NCBI GenBank assembly: GCA_902614375.1
Contig: CACMKZ010000002.1
Span: forward strand, 14,477-78,476
Direction: 5' to 3'
Origin: an uncultured Alphaproteobacteria bacterium
GTDB lineage: Bacteria; Pseudomonadota; Alphaproteobacteria; HIMB59; GCA-002718135
DNA length: 64,000 nucleotides
Shown here piece by piece: positions 9,390-18,030 of the stretch. The stretch's first letter is position 1. Each line of letters begins with the position of its first letter. The translations under genes and the position numbers were made by a program. The notes under the pieces were generated by a model. That model worked only from the letters and a program-made list of their open reading frames with translations. It had not been told where the DNA came from and ran no database searches.

Positions 9390-10310
9390 TTAATGTTTAT
9401 GTAATTGATCTTCTGCTTGCTTAATAATATCTACGCCCACTCTATCGCTCCACCCTTGAATCAATTTCTTAGTTACTGGACCAACATTTCCATCAGCAAT
9501 TGGCATTCCATTAAACTTTGTTGCAGGCATTATTGAATATGGAGTACTAGTAATAAACATTTCATCAGAAGTTGCTAAATCATAAGATTGAATAACAGCT
9601 TCGATCACTTCAATGTCTAAAGATCGGGCTATTTCCATTGTTGAATTTCTTGTAAGCCCCTCCAAACAATTAGCAGTGGTTGGTGTAATTAACTTTCCAT
9701 CTTTAATCATAAATATATTACCACCTTTATTTTCTGCAACATTTCCATGAATATCAAGAATGACACTTTGCGCATCAGGATCAACTAATTTAGCTTCAAT
9801 TTCAGCTAACGTGTAAAAAAGACGACTTCTATTTTTAATTCTTGCATCTAAAGATTGTGAAGGCACCATTCTGGTAGGAGGAGTTACTGCATGACAACCT
9901 TTGCTATAAAAAGGAGCCCATGAAACAAGGTTCATAGGTTGAGTGTAAATCATAACAGTTGGCTTAGAGACTTGCAAAGCTGGATTACCTCCAGTGATTG
10001 AATGTCCTCGAGAAATATTATGCACAAGCCAACAATCCTCATTAGCCTTGTAATTATCTTTATTAATTTCTAATAATTCAAGACTAACCTTTTTCATTTC
10101 CTCTATTCTCATTTGAGGGTCAATACGTGTTAATTTAAATGATTTATATAATCTTTCTAAATGCTCATCTAATTTGAATGGTTTGAAATTAAATGTTCTA
10201 GTAGATTCAGTAACTGTATCGCCTAACAGTACTGCGCTATCAAATATTGAAATTTTAGCATCTACTTCTGGTACAATCTCACCAGAAATATAAACTTTTC
10301 TATTGTTCAT
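9390..10310 (-). CDS. Class IV (fold type IV) aminotransferase (branched-chain / D-amino-acid aminotransferase family)
   Basis: 306 aa. ISIFDSAVLLGD, HLERLYKS, GGNIFMIKDGKLITP and CLEGLTR blocks are typical of fold-type IV transaminases. Confidence 0.8.
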   Translation of the reverse strand: MNNRKVYISGEIVPEVDAKISIFDSAVLLGDTVTESTRTFNFKPFKLDEHLERLYKSFKLTRIDPQMRIEEMKKVSLELLEINKDNYKANEDCWLVHNISRGHSITGGNPALQVSKPTVMIYTQPMNLVSWAPFYSKGCHAVTPPTRMVPSQSLDARIKNRSRLFYTLAEIEAKLVDPDAQSVILDIHGNVAENKGGNIFMIKDGKLITPTTANCLEGLTRNSTMEIARSLDIEVIEAVIQSYDLATSDEMFITSTPYSIMPATKFNGMPIADGNVGPVTKKLIQGWSDRVGVDIIKQAEDQLHKH

Positions 10311-10311
10311 T

Positions 10312-11091
10312 TTATAATTTGTTTTTTGATTTTAATTCTGCTTTTAATTGTTCTTGTTCCATTTTCTCTTTCTGCTTGTCGTGTTTTGCAGAAACACCAT
10401 GATAAACAAAACCAAAAGCTCTTCGTGAGCGAGTTTTAGATTTATTGGGATCAGCAAAATGAATAATTTTAGCATGGTGCATTAAAAACATTCCAGCTTT
10501 ACCTTCAAACTTTACAGTATTTTTTTTATCCTCTTCAGTTCCAAAATCAGTTACCCCTTTTGAAAAACCTAAAATTTCTGATTTGCCATGTGGCCTGTAT
10601 CCTTCATATTTATGTGAACCTTTAACATAATGGATACATCCATTTTCATCATCAACATCTTCAAGTGCAAGCCAACCAGTAACAGCTTTATCATTATCTA
10701 AATTAAAATAATAACCATCTTGATGAGGAGGAGTAGGATTGCTTTTACCAGGAGGTTTATTAAAGTATTCCATTGCTCTAGGTATAACATCCTCACCTAA
10801 AGCGTTCGCAGCTAATTCTTTTATTTTACTATTGTGAAATAGATCATGAAAGAAAGCATCGTACTCTTCTAACTTTTGCATTTGCATTAAAGTATCTTTG
10901 TTTTCTTTATCAACGTAATACACTTCCCCTTCTTTCATTTTAGGAACACAGTCTTTAATATATCTATCAAACTCATTATTTATAAGCTCCATATCAGACT
11001 TCGAGAAAAGTTCAGGAATATGATTATAACCATTTTCATCATAAATTTTTTTTAGATCACTTAATTCAGGGGTGTTGGTATTAAAATTCAT
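10312..11091 (-). CDS. PhyH-family Fe(II)/2-oxoglutarate dioxygenase (paralog 1)
   Basis: 259 aa. PTPPHQDGYYF (H-x-D iron ligands), CIHYVKGSHK, and a distal His in LMHHAKIIH. Clear paralog of the adjacent gene. Confidence 0.75.
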   Translation of the reverse strand: MNFNTNTPELSDLKKIYDENGYNHIPELFSKSDMELINNEFDRYIKDCVPKMKEGEVYYVDKENKDTLMQMQKLEEYDAFFHDLFHNSKIKELAANALGEDVIPRAMEYFNKPPGKSNPTPPHQDGYYFNLDNDKAVTGWLALEDVDDENGCIHYVKGSHKYEGYRPHGKSEILGFSKGVTDFGTEEDKKNTVKFEGKAGMFLMHHAKIIHFADPNKSKTRSRRAFGFVYHGVSAKHDKQKEKMEQEQLKAELKSKNKL

Positions 11092-11852
11092 ATAAGATTT
11101 TTCTCCTTCATTTCTTTTCGAAGTTTTTCTTGATAAGCATCATGTGCTTCTTGATTTATTTCTGCGCTTTCTCCATAATAAATAAATCCCAGTGCTTTTC
11201 TAGTTCTTGTTTGAGATTTATTTCCTTCAGCCCAATGTATTGTTTTAGCATTGTGAATTAAAAAAGTTCCTGGCTCTCCAGGAAAAGAGACTGTGTTCTT
11301 TTTATCTTCCTCATTTCCAAAATCAGTAATACCTTGAGAAAAACCTAATACATTGGATCTACCATGAGGCCTATATTCAGATTTATGAGAACCTTTTACA
11401 TAATGAATACATCCATTCTCTTCATCTACTTTTTCTAGAGCTAACCAACAAGTAACGGCATTATGTTTTTTTAACATAAAGTAATAACCATCCTGATGTG
11501 GTGGTGTTGGCTTTCCAATTCCTGGTGGTTTATTAAAAAATTGTAAATTTTTGGGCTCAGCTTTTTCTCGTAAAACTATTTCTGCAACTTCTCTAATAGG
11601 AGATTTTTCAATTAATTCTTTAAAGTAATCATCATAAGTAAACATTTGCTGAAGTTGCTTTATAGAAGTTTTATCATCTTTATTTTCATAAAATATATGA
11701 TGATCAGGTACATTAGGCGTAACTTCTTTAATGTATCTAGATAATTCAATCTTAATCTCTTCTATTTTATCAATTGAAAATAATGGGTTTATTGCAATAT
11801 AGCCGTTGTCATCAAATTTAGATTGAAGATCTTGATTATTAAAAGTTGTCAT
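11088..11852 (-). CDS. PhyH-family Fe(II)/2-oxoglutarate dioxygenase (paralog 2)
   Basis: 254 aa. PTPPHQDGYYF, CIHYVKGSHK, LIHNAKTIH. 4-nt overlap with paralog 1. Confidence 0.75.
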   Translation of the reverse strand: MTTFNNQDLQSKFDDNGYIAINPLFSIDKIEEIKIELSRYIKEVTPNVPDHHIFYENKDDKTSIKQLQQMFTYDDYFKELIEKSPIREVAEIVLREKAEPKNLQFFNKPPGIGKPTPPHQDGYYFMLKKHNAVTCWLALEKVDEENGCIHYVKGSHKSEYRPHGRSNVLGFSQGITDFGNEEDKKNTVSFPGEPGTFLIHNAKTIHWAEGNKSQTRTRKALGFIYYGESAEINQEAHDAYQEKLRKEMKEKNLI

Positions 11853-11865
11853 AATTTAATAAAAT

Positions 11866-11917
11866 TATGGTAACTGAAATTAAAAAGATAGCTAGTAAAA
11901 ATTAATTATTTACCATA
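11866..11917. promoter_or_regulatory. 8-bp inverted repeat TATGGTAA / TTACCATA in divergent promoter spacer
   Basis: Arms at 11866-11873 and 11910-11917, separated by 36 bp, inside the 96-bp spacer between the PhyH pair (-) and the PanB-like pair (+). These are the only GG/CC-containing symmetric elements in that spacer. Confidence 0.25.
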
Positions 11918-11948
11918 TTTTCTTAATTAAATTATAAATCATAAGAGA

Positions 11949-12791
11949 ATGCAAAAAAAATATAAAAGAGTTTTTTCTATAAACAATGATCTAGGATATA
12001 GAAATTATACTGTCAGAGATTTAATAAATTTAAAAGGTAAGAAAAAACTAACACAAGTGAGAGTTACCACAGTTGAAGAAGCTGCCGCTGCTGAAGAAGC
12101 AGGAATTGATTTATTATTAACTGGACCAGGAAAAGATTTTTCAAATATTAGAAAAGCTGCTTCAAAAACTTTTATGACTGTTGGTGTACCTTTTATTGAG
12201 AACCCGTCAAAAAGAGAAGCAACAAAAAAAGCATTCGAAATAATTGAGGCTGGTGCTGATTCACTAATGTGTCAAAATTGGAATCTTGAATGGATGGCAC
12301 ATTTAAGTAAATTTAGAATTCCCTTTCAAAGTCATGTTGGTTTTATTCCAAGAAGAACGACATGGATAGGTGGTATTAAATCTTTTGGAAAGACAGCAAA
12401 TGAAGCTGCAGAATTATTTAGAGATATAAAGGATATTGAGAAAACTGGTGCATGGGGCATAGAAGTAGAACTCGTTCCAGAAAATATTTTAAATGTTATT
12501 ACAAAGCACACATCACTTGTTACTATTTCAATTGGTTCGGGAATAGCTGCGGATGCTCAATTTTTATTTGCCGAAGATATATTAGGACAGAGTAAAATAA
12601 GTTTTCCAAGACATGCAAAAAAATATAAAAATTTTGATAAAATATTACGTGATATTCAAAAAGAAAGAATTGATGCTTTCAAAAAGTATAAAATAGAAGT
12701 TCAAAAAAATAAATTTCCAACAAAAAAACATACTATTTCAATTAAAAAAATAGAATTAAATAAATTTAGAAAGTTTCTGGAACAACATTAA
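11949..12791 (+). CDS. PanB (ketopantoate hydroxymethyltransferase)-family protein, divergent (paralog 1)
   Basis: 280 aa. The C-terminal two thirds are collinear with E. coli PanB (HVGFIPRR, GIEVELVPE, ISIGSG..ADAQFLFAEDILG, PRHAKKY, C-terminal ..FP...H). N-terminal blocks differ: LLTGPGKD for VGDSLG, VGVPF for ADLPF, LMCQNW for VKIEGG. Confidence 0.7.
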   Translation: MQKKYKRVFSINNDLGYRNYTVRDLINLKGKKKLTQVRVTTVEEAAAAEEAGIDLLLTGPGKDFSNIRKAASKTFMTVGVPFIENPSKREATKKAFEIIEAGADSLMCQNWNLEWMAHLSKFRIPFQSHVGFIPRRTTWIGGIKSFGKTANEAAELFRDIKDIEKTGAWGIEVELVPENILNVITKHTSLVTISIGSGIAADAQFLFAEDILGQSKISFPRHAKKYKNFDKILRDIQKERIDAFKKYKIEVQKNKFPTKKHTISIKKIELNKFRKFLEQH

Positions 12792-12793
12792 TT

Positions 12794-13639
12794 ATGAAAA
12801 ATAAATTTAAAAAAGTTTACTCTCTTGCACATCAAGCTGGTTATAGAAACTATACGATTAAAGATTTAATAAATTTAAAAGGTAAGAAAAAATTAACACA
12901 AATAAATGTTATATCTGCTGAAGAAGCTGCAGCTGCAGAAGCTGCTGGTATAGATATGATTATTTGTGGGGTAGATCAGTTAAAAGAAATACGCGAAGCT
13001 GCGCCCAATACATTTTTAACGTGTGGGATAAAATATACTGAGTATGCTTCCAAAGAAAGTATGATGAAAAAAGTATTTGAATTACTTGAAGTCGGTGTAG
13101 ACTCGATACACACCAATTCATGGAATATAAATTTTATTAAATATTTAAGTGAGTTTAATATCCCTTTTCAAGGACATGTAGGTTTTGTTCCAATGAAATC
13201 AACGTGGACAGGGGGTGTAAAACCAGTTGGGAAAAGTTCTGCTGAGGCTATTAAAGTTTATCATGATATAAAAGAATTAGAAAAAATTGGTGCTTGGGCT
13301 GTAGAAGTCGAATGTGTACCAGAGGATGTTTTAAAAGAAATAACAAAAGGTACCAAAGCTTTGACTATTTCAATAGGATCAGGCAGATATGCCGATATTC
13401 AATTTTTGTTCGGTGAAGATATTTTGGGATATCACTTCAATTCAATTAAAACACCCAGACATGCAAAAAAATATAAAGATTTTAATAAGACATACGAAAA
13501 GTTACAAAAGGATAGAATAGATGCTTTTAAAGAATATCAGAAGGATGTAGTAAGTAAGAAATTTCCATCAAAAAATAATGTTGTTTTTGCCGAAAAAAAA
13601 GAGCTAGAAAAATTTAAGAAATTAATAAAAAAAATCTAA
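12794..13639 (+). CDS. PanB-family protein, divergent (paralog 2)
   Basis: 281 aa. HVGFVPMK, AVEVECVPE, ISIGSGRYADIQFLFGEDILG, PRHAKKY. N-terminal blocks IICGVDQL, TCGIKY and IHTNSW replace the canonical PanB metal/substrate motifs. 2-nt spacer after paralog 1. Confidence 0.7.
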   Translation: MKNKFKKVYSLAHQAGYRNYTIKDLINLKGKKKLTQINVISAEEAAAAEAAGIDMIICGVDQLKEIREAAPNTFLTCGIKYTEYASKESMMKKVFELLEVGVDSIHTNSWNINFIKYLSEFNIPFQGHVGFVPMKSTWTGGVKPVGKSSAEAIKVYHDIKELEKIGAWAVEVECVPEDVLKEITKGTKALTISIGSGRYADIQFLFGEDILGYHFNSIKTPRHAKKYKDFNKTYEKLQKDRIDAFKEYQKDVVSKKFPSKNNVVFAEKKELEKFKKLIKKI

Positions 13640-14452
13640 ATGGAAATTAGTAAATTAGTTAGAAGATTAAATGATAATGAAATATCGCAGTATGAAGATA
13701 AGGGTTATATAAAAGGTCTGCCTGTATTTTCTCAAGGTGGTGTTAAAGATCTTCAAAAACTTTTTTTAGATTTAAGTAATAGACTACCCGCAGGCGTTAA
13801 CATAAATAAAACTAATATGTGGCATAAAGCGAGTAAAAAGTTTTATGATTTAGCCCATACGCCTGCTATTCTTGATTATGTGGAGGATCTTTTAGGACCA
13901 AACTTCTTCCTTTGGGGTGGACAATTTTTTTACAAAGCAGCTAAAAGTAAAGGTGTTGTTCCATGGCATCAAGATTCTCAATATTGGCCTTTAAATCCAT
14001 CAAACTCTGTTACAGTTTGGTTAGCTGTATACGATACAGATAAATCTAATTCAGCAATGAAAATAGTATCAGAAAGCCACAAAACAAAAAGATTTTTACA
14101 TAAAATTAATGACGATAAAAATTATGATTTAAATCAAGAAGTATCTAATGATCAAATTGATAAAGAAAAAATAGTATATATGAATTTAAAAGCTGGTGAG
14201 ATTTCTCTTCATTCAGATGCTCTTTTACATGGTTCTGATGCAAACCATTCAAATAATCCTAGATGTGGAATTACTCTAAGATATTCTCCTTCAAATGTTA
14301 AAGCAGATTTATCAGAGTGGCCTTTTTTTTCTGTTCAAATAGCTAGAGGTGAAACAAATCACTCTTTAAATCCTATTGCTCCTATGCCGAGAGGTGAAGC
14401 AACTCCTGTTAAGGGCTTTCAATTTCATCATGAATTTGAAAGTGAGTGGTGA
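13640..14452 (+). CDS. PhyH-family Fe(II)/2-oxoglutarate dioxygenase (third copy, distinct subfamily)
   Basis: 270 aa. VPWHQDSQYWPL (H-x-D), VTVWLAVYD, and a distal His in LHSDALLHGS. Starts directly after the PanB-like stop. Confidence 0.75.
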   Translation: MEISKLVRRLNDNEISQYEDKGYIKGLPVFSQGGVKDLQKLFLDLSNRLPAGVNINKTNMWHKASKKFYDLAHTPAILDYVEDLLGPNFFLWGGQFFYKAAKSKGVVPWHQDSQYWPLNPSNSVTVWLAVYDTDKSNSAMKIVSESHKTKRFLHKINDDKNYDLNQEVSNDQIDKEKIVYMNLKAGEISLHSDALLHGSDANHSNNPRCGITLRYSPSNVKADLSEWPFFSVQIARGETNHSLNPIAPMPRGEATPVKGFQFHHEFESEW

Positions 14453-14482
14453 AGAAATAAAATTTTAACTAGTATAAAATAA

Positions 14483-15562
14483 ATGAAAATAATTGATGAA
14501 ATAATTCTATACGAAAACCCTGATCCTTTACTCGTTAGTAAACAAGGTATTTTCCCGGGTATAGTAAAATTACAGGATAATTCCTTACTTGCATTATTTA
14601 CTATTGGGCAAGCTTTTGATTCTGCTGATCAAAGAACATTTGTTTCAAAAAGTTTTGATGATGGAAGAAGTTGGTCTAAACCAAAACCTTTACATAATCA
14701 TAAATATAAAAATAAGGAAGAATCAGAATCTCTTAAACCACTATTATTACAAAATAATAAATTACTGGCAATAGGTTATGCTTTTGTAAGACCAGATAGT
14801 TTAACACCAATTGTTAATCCTAATACATTTGAAATACTGCCGCTCAATAATAAAATAAGTATTTCTAACGATAATGGTGAAAGTTGGTCTATGCCAGAAA
14901 ATTTTAACGTCAATGAAACACCGCTTGAAATATCAGGGCCGTGTATTCAGTTAAAATCAGGTAGAATATTAGGAGCAGCGCCACCTTTCCATTTAAAAGA
15001 GTCAGATCATTCAGGATGGATAATTTATAGTGATGATGAAGGAGAAAATTGGAGTAAACTATCTGAATTTTATAAATCCAAGGAAGGACATATTTCAACT
15101 TGGGAATGTCGATTATGTGAAACGAACAGCAAAATTATTGTTATTTTTTGGGCTTATGACAATAAAAATAAAAAAAATCTTAGCAACCATGTTGTAATTT
15201 CCGATGATGCTGGAAAAACATTTAATACTGTAATTGATACTAAAATTAGAGGACAAGCGTCTAATGTAATGTTTTATAAAGATGATATAATTTTTACCAT
15301 TCATTGTCACAGAGAAAACCCAACGGGATTAATTCTAAGAAAAGTTGATGTCAGAGATAATAAGTTTTCAATTTTAGATGAAATCAATTTGTTTTCTAAA
15401 GATGGTTTATCAAGTGATGATACTAATATAAGTAAACAGTTTGGCTCGCTAAAGTTTGGTCAACCATCAATTCTTCTTTTAAATAACAATGAATTACTAA
15501 TTTGTTTTTGGTGCATTCATGATAACCAACATATTATTAAAACGTATATCGTAAATATTTAG
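14483..15562 (+). CDS. BNR/Asp-box repeat beta-propeller protein (sialidase-like fold, no signal peptide)
   Basis: 359 aa. Four Asp-boxes (SFDDGRSW, SNDNGESW, SDDEGENW, SDDAGKTF). Size matches small 6-bladed sialidases. No N-terminal signal sequence. The canonical (Y/F)RIP motif was not found (GIFPGIV at the equivalent position). Confidence 0.75.
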   Translation: MKIIDEIILYENPDPLLVSKQGIFPGIVKLQDNSLLALFTIGQAFDSADQRTFVSKSFDDGRSWSKPKPLHNHKYKNKEESESLKPLLLQNNKLLAIGYAFVRPDSLTPIVNPNTFEILPLNNKISISNDNGESWSMPENFNVNETPLEISGPCIQLKSGRILGAAPPFHLKESDHSGWIIYSDDEGENWSKLSEFYKSKEGHISTWECRLCETNSKIIVIFWAYDNKNKKNLSNHVVISDDAGKTFNTVIDTKIRGQASNVMFYKDDIIFTIHCHRENPTGLILRKVDVRDNKFSILDEINLFSKDGLSSDDTNISKQFGSLKFGQPSILLLNNNELLICFWCIHDNQHIIKTYIVNI

Positions 15563-15570
15563 TCATCAAT

Positions 15571-16896
15571 ATGTTCAATCTAATATCTAAAGAAAAAGAA
15601 AAAATGAAAGTAATTAATTATTATCATTTTTCAACTGCACTACAAATGTGTGCTGTTATAGGAACAGTTGCAGCCCCTTTAACATTATATTCTGTAGAAT
15701 TAGGATTAGATCCAGATAGAATTGGTATTTTAGGTAGTCTTATGGCTTTTTGCCAAGTTTTAGCTTTAATTAGTATCCCTTTAACTCTTTATTTTGGTAG
15801 TAAGATTTTATCTATTTGGACATTATTTAGCAGGTACATTTTTCTTTTAATTTTTTTAATTGTTCCGTTTTATCAAGATAATTTAACACTTGTTTTCTAC
15901 TTGTTATTTTTTGCAATGCTTATGTTTTCTATTTTACGTTCATTATCTGAAGCTGCATTTGTGCCTTGGATGCAAGAATTTATTCCAAGAGATGTTAGGG
16001 GTAGAGTTATTGGTATTAATGGAATTATCTGTACACCCTTTGCCTTAGTTGCATCATATGGAATAAAAATCTGGTTGGATAGTAGAGAGGGTTTAGAGAG
16101 ATTTTACCCAGTTTTTTTTATAGCAATAATGCTTGGACTAATATCAGCTCTTTTACTTTTAAAATTAAAAGGGGGAAAAAAGATTAAAGGACGAGATGAT
16201 GATCAAGGTTATTTAAAAAATTTACTTAAAGCAACTAAAGATAAAAATTTTAACTTATTTTTAGTTTCATCAGGAACACAATATTTAGTCATTACCATAC
16301 TAGCTATTTTCTTAACTCTCTATTTTAAAATTAGAATGAATATTCCAAGTGGGGAATTAATTTTTTCTTCAACTTTAATTCTAATTGGTGGGACGTGTAG
16401 TGGTTTAGTAGTTGGAAGAGTAACAGATAGTTATGGTTGTAGGGGTATAAGAGTAATATTCCAAAGTCTACAAATAGTACTATTACTTACTTTACCATTT
16501 ATAAATTCTGATACTCCTTACTTAAGCTACGTAATTGGAATAATTTTCTTTCTCTTTGGTTTCTTAATGTGGGGAAGTGCATCAATAGGTTATATTTTTA
16601 TGCTAAACTATGTACCAAGTAATAACAAAGAATCTTTTATGTCACTTGCTTACAGCTTAGATGGAATAACAGCAGGAGTAACAACAGTGCTAGCTGGTTA
16701 TTTAGTTGTTTGGTTAGATAATAATGAGATTATTGTTTTTGACAAATTACTTGGCAGCTATGAAGTTTTATTTGTTATTTGTGCTTTTATTATAGCAATA
16801 TCTATGAATGCTTTTATTCTTATAAGAGAAGAAGGAGCTATGGGAGTTAGGACTTTTTTGAGACAATTAATTTTTTACAGAAAGCAATTACCATAA
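15571..16896 (+). CDS. MFS-type transporter
   Basis: 441 aa (alternative start M12 at 15604). About 12 hydrophobic spans split by a basic central loop (KLKGGKKIKGRDDDQ). No substrate assignment is possible. Confidence 0.7.
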   Translation: MFNLISKEKEKMKVINYYHFSTALQMCAVIGTVAAPLTLYSVELGLDPDRIGILGSLMAFCQVLALISIPLTLYFGSKILSIWTLFSRYIFLLIFLIVPFYQDNLTLVFYLLFFAMLMFSILRSLSEAAFVPWMQEFIPRDVRGRVIGINGIICTPFALVASYGIKIWLDSREGLERFYPVFFIAIMLGLISALLLLKLKGGKKIKGRDDDQGYLKNLLKATKDKNFNLFLVSSGTQYLVITILAIFLTLYFKIRMNIPSGELIFSSTLILIGGTCSGLVVGRVTDSYGCRGIRVIFQSLQIVLLLTLPFINSDTPYLSYVIGIIFFLFGFLMWGSASIGYIFMLNYVPSNNKESFMSLAYSLDGITAGVTTVLAGYLVVWLDNNEIIVFDKLLGSYEVLFVICAFIIAISMNAFILIREEGAMGVRTFLRQLIFYRKQLP

Positions 16897-16900
16897 AATA

Positions 16901-18019
16901 TTATTCAAATTTTAAACGTATCCAATGTAGATCCATTTTTTTATCATTACCCGCATAATAAAAAACTAAAACTTTCCCACTCTGTAAAACATCAGCATAG
17001 GGCAATCCAAAACTCCATATATTCATGTCAGCTAATAACCCTCCTAGCTCTTTACTATTTTGTTTAATTTTTTTTTGATTAAAAATTGTTACCTCAGAAA
17101 TTTCATCAAAATGAGCATTGAGATTATCTGATACTCTTACTTTTATGCTTTGATTTTTAAATCTATCAACCCATGCTAACACTACCTTACCATCCTTTAA
17201 TAATGCAGGATGAGAAGGTTGATCAGAAATATTTAAATCTTTTGGCTGAGACCATGTTTTACCTTCATCATTACTTATTCTTTGATGAATATTAAGGAAA
17301 GTTTTTTTTGCCGAATCATATGTCCATGCAAAAGACGTAATAGTTCCATTTTTATTTACACCACATCTTAAATCCCAATTAAAAATTTTTCCAGTTTCAT
17401 CACCTGCTGCTAAATAAGGTTTAGACCATGTTTTTCCATTATCAGAAGAACATATGAAAATATTTTTTTGATACCATTTTGATTCATCATAATAATCTTT
17501 ATTATTTTCAATACTCATAATTAATTTTCCATTTGGTAATTTCATAATAGGATTGGTAAGACTTGGTGGACCAATGTCTTTAGGTAGCTGAACTTTTCTA
17601 AGTTTTGACCACGTATTCCCATTATCATAAGAATCTGCAATTAGAATTTTCATTGGAAGACAGCCTTCAGTATTAGCATTAAATAATTCTTTTCCTGGAA
17701 TAGAAGTTCGATCGATCCACAATAATGATGCAATAATATGAGAATCAGAAATTTCAGTTAAATAGCAAAGTTTTAGACTGCCTTTAAGATTATCTATTTT
17801 AACATTTTTAAAAGGCTCCCAAGGTTCTGACCATTTCTCACCTTCATCATCTGATCGAAAAAACTCTATTCCCTCTAATTCAGAATCTTTATTATTTCCA
17901 CCTCTTGCAGTGGCAAGAATAGATCCATTACTAAGAGAAACAAATGATGAAAAAGTATAGCATGCTTTATTTGAATCAATTTTTGCAGAACATAAGATGC
18001 CTGAAGAATCTATTTTCAT
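16901..18019 (-). CDS. BNR/Asp-box repeat beta-propeller protein (sialidase-like fold, no signal peptide)
   Basis: 372 aa. Four Asp-boxes (SDDEGEKW, SYDNGNTW, SSDNGKTW, SNDEGKTW). No signal peptide. The RIP position reads YTFSSFV. Confidence 0.75.
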   Translation of the reverse strand: MKIDSSGILCSAKIDSNKACYTFSSFVSLSNGSILATARGGNNKDSELEGIEFFRSDDEGEKWSEPWEPFKNVKIDNLKGSLKLCYLTEISDSHIIASLLWIDRTSIPGKELFNANTEGCLPMKILIADSYDNGNTWSKLRKVQLPKDIGPPSLTNPIMKLPNGKLIMSIENNKDYYDESKWYQKNIFICSSDNGKTWSKPYLAAGDETGKIFNWDLRCGVNKNGTITSFAWTYDSAKKTFLNIHQRISNDEGKTWSQPKDLNISDQPSHPALLKDGKVVLAWVDRFKNQSIKVRVSDNLNAHFDEISEVTIFNQKKIKQNSKELGGLLADMNIWSFGLPYADVLQSGKVLVFYYAGNDKKMDLHWIRLKFE

Positions 18020-18030
18020 TTAATAAAATT

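Noticed and set aside
12017-12901. 39/40-nt identical stretch shared by the two PanB-like paralogs (12017-12056 versus 12862-12901), considered as gene conversion or an embedded nucleotide element.
   Set aside because: It encodes the identical peptide DLINLKGKKKLTQ using the only AT-rich codons this genome favours. Identity therefore follows from protein conservation plus extreme codon bias, and the flanking sequence diverges normally.
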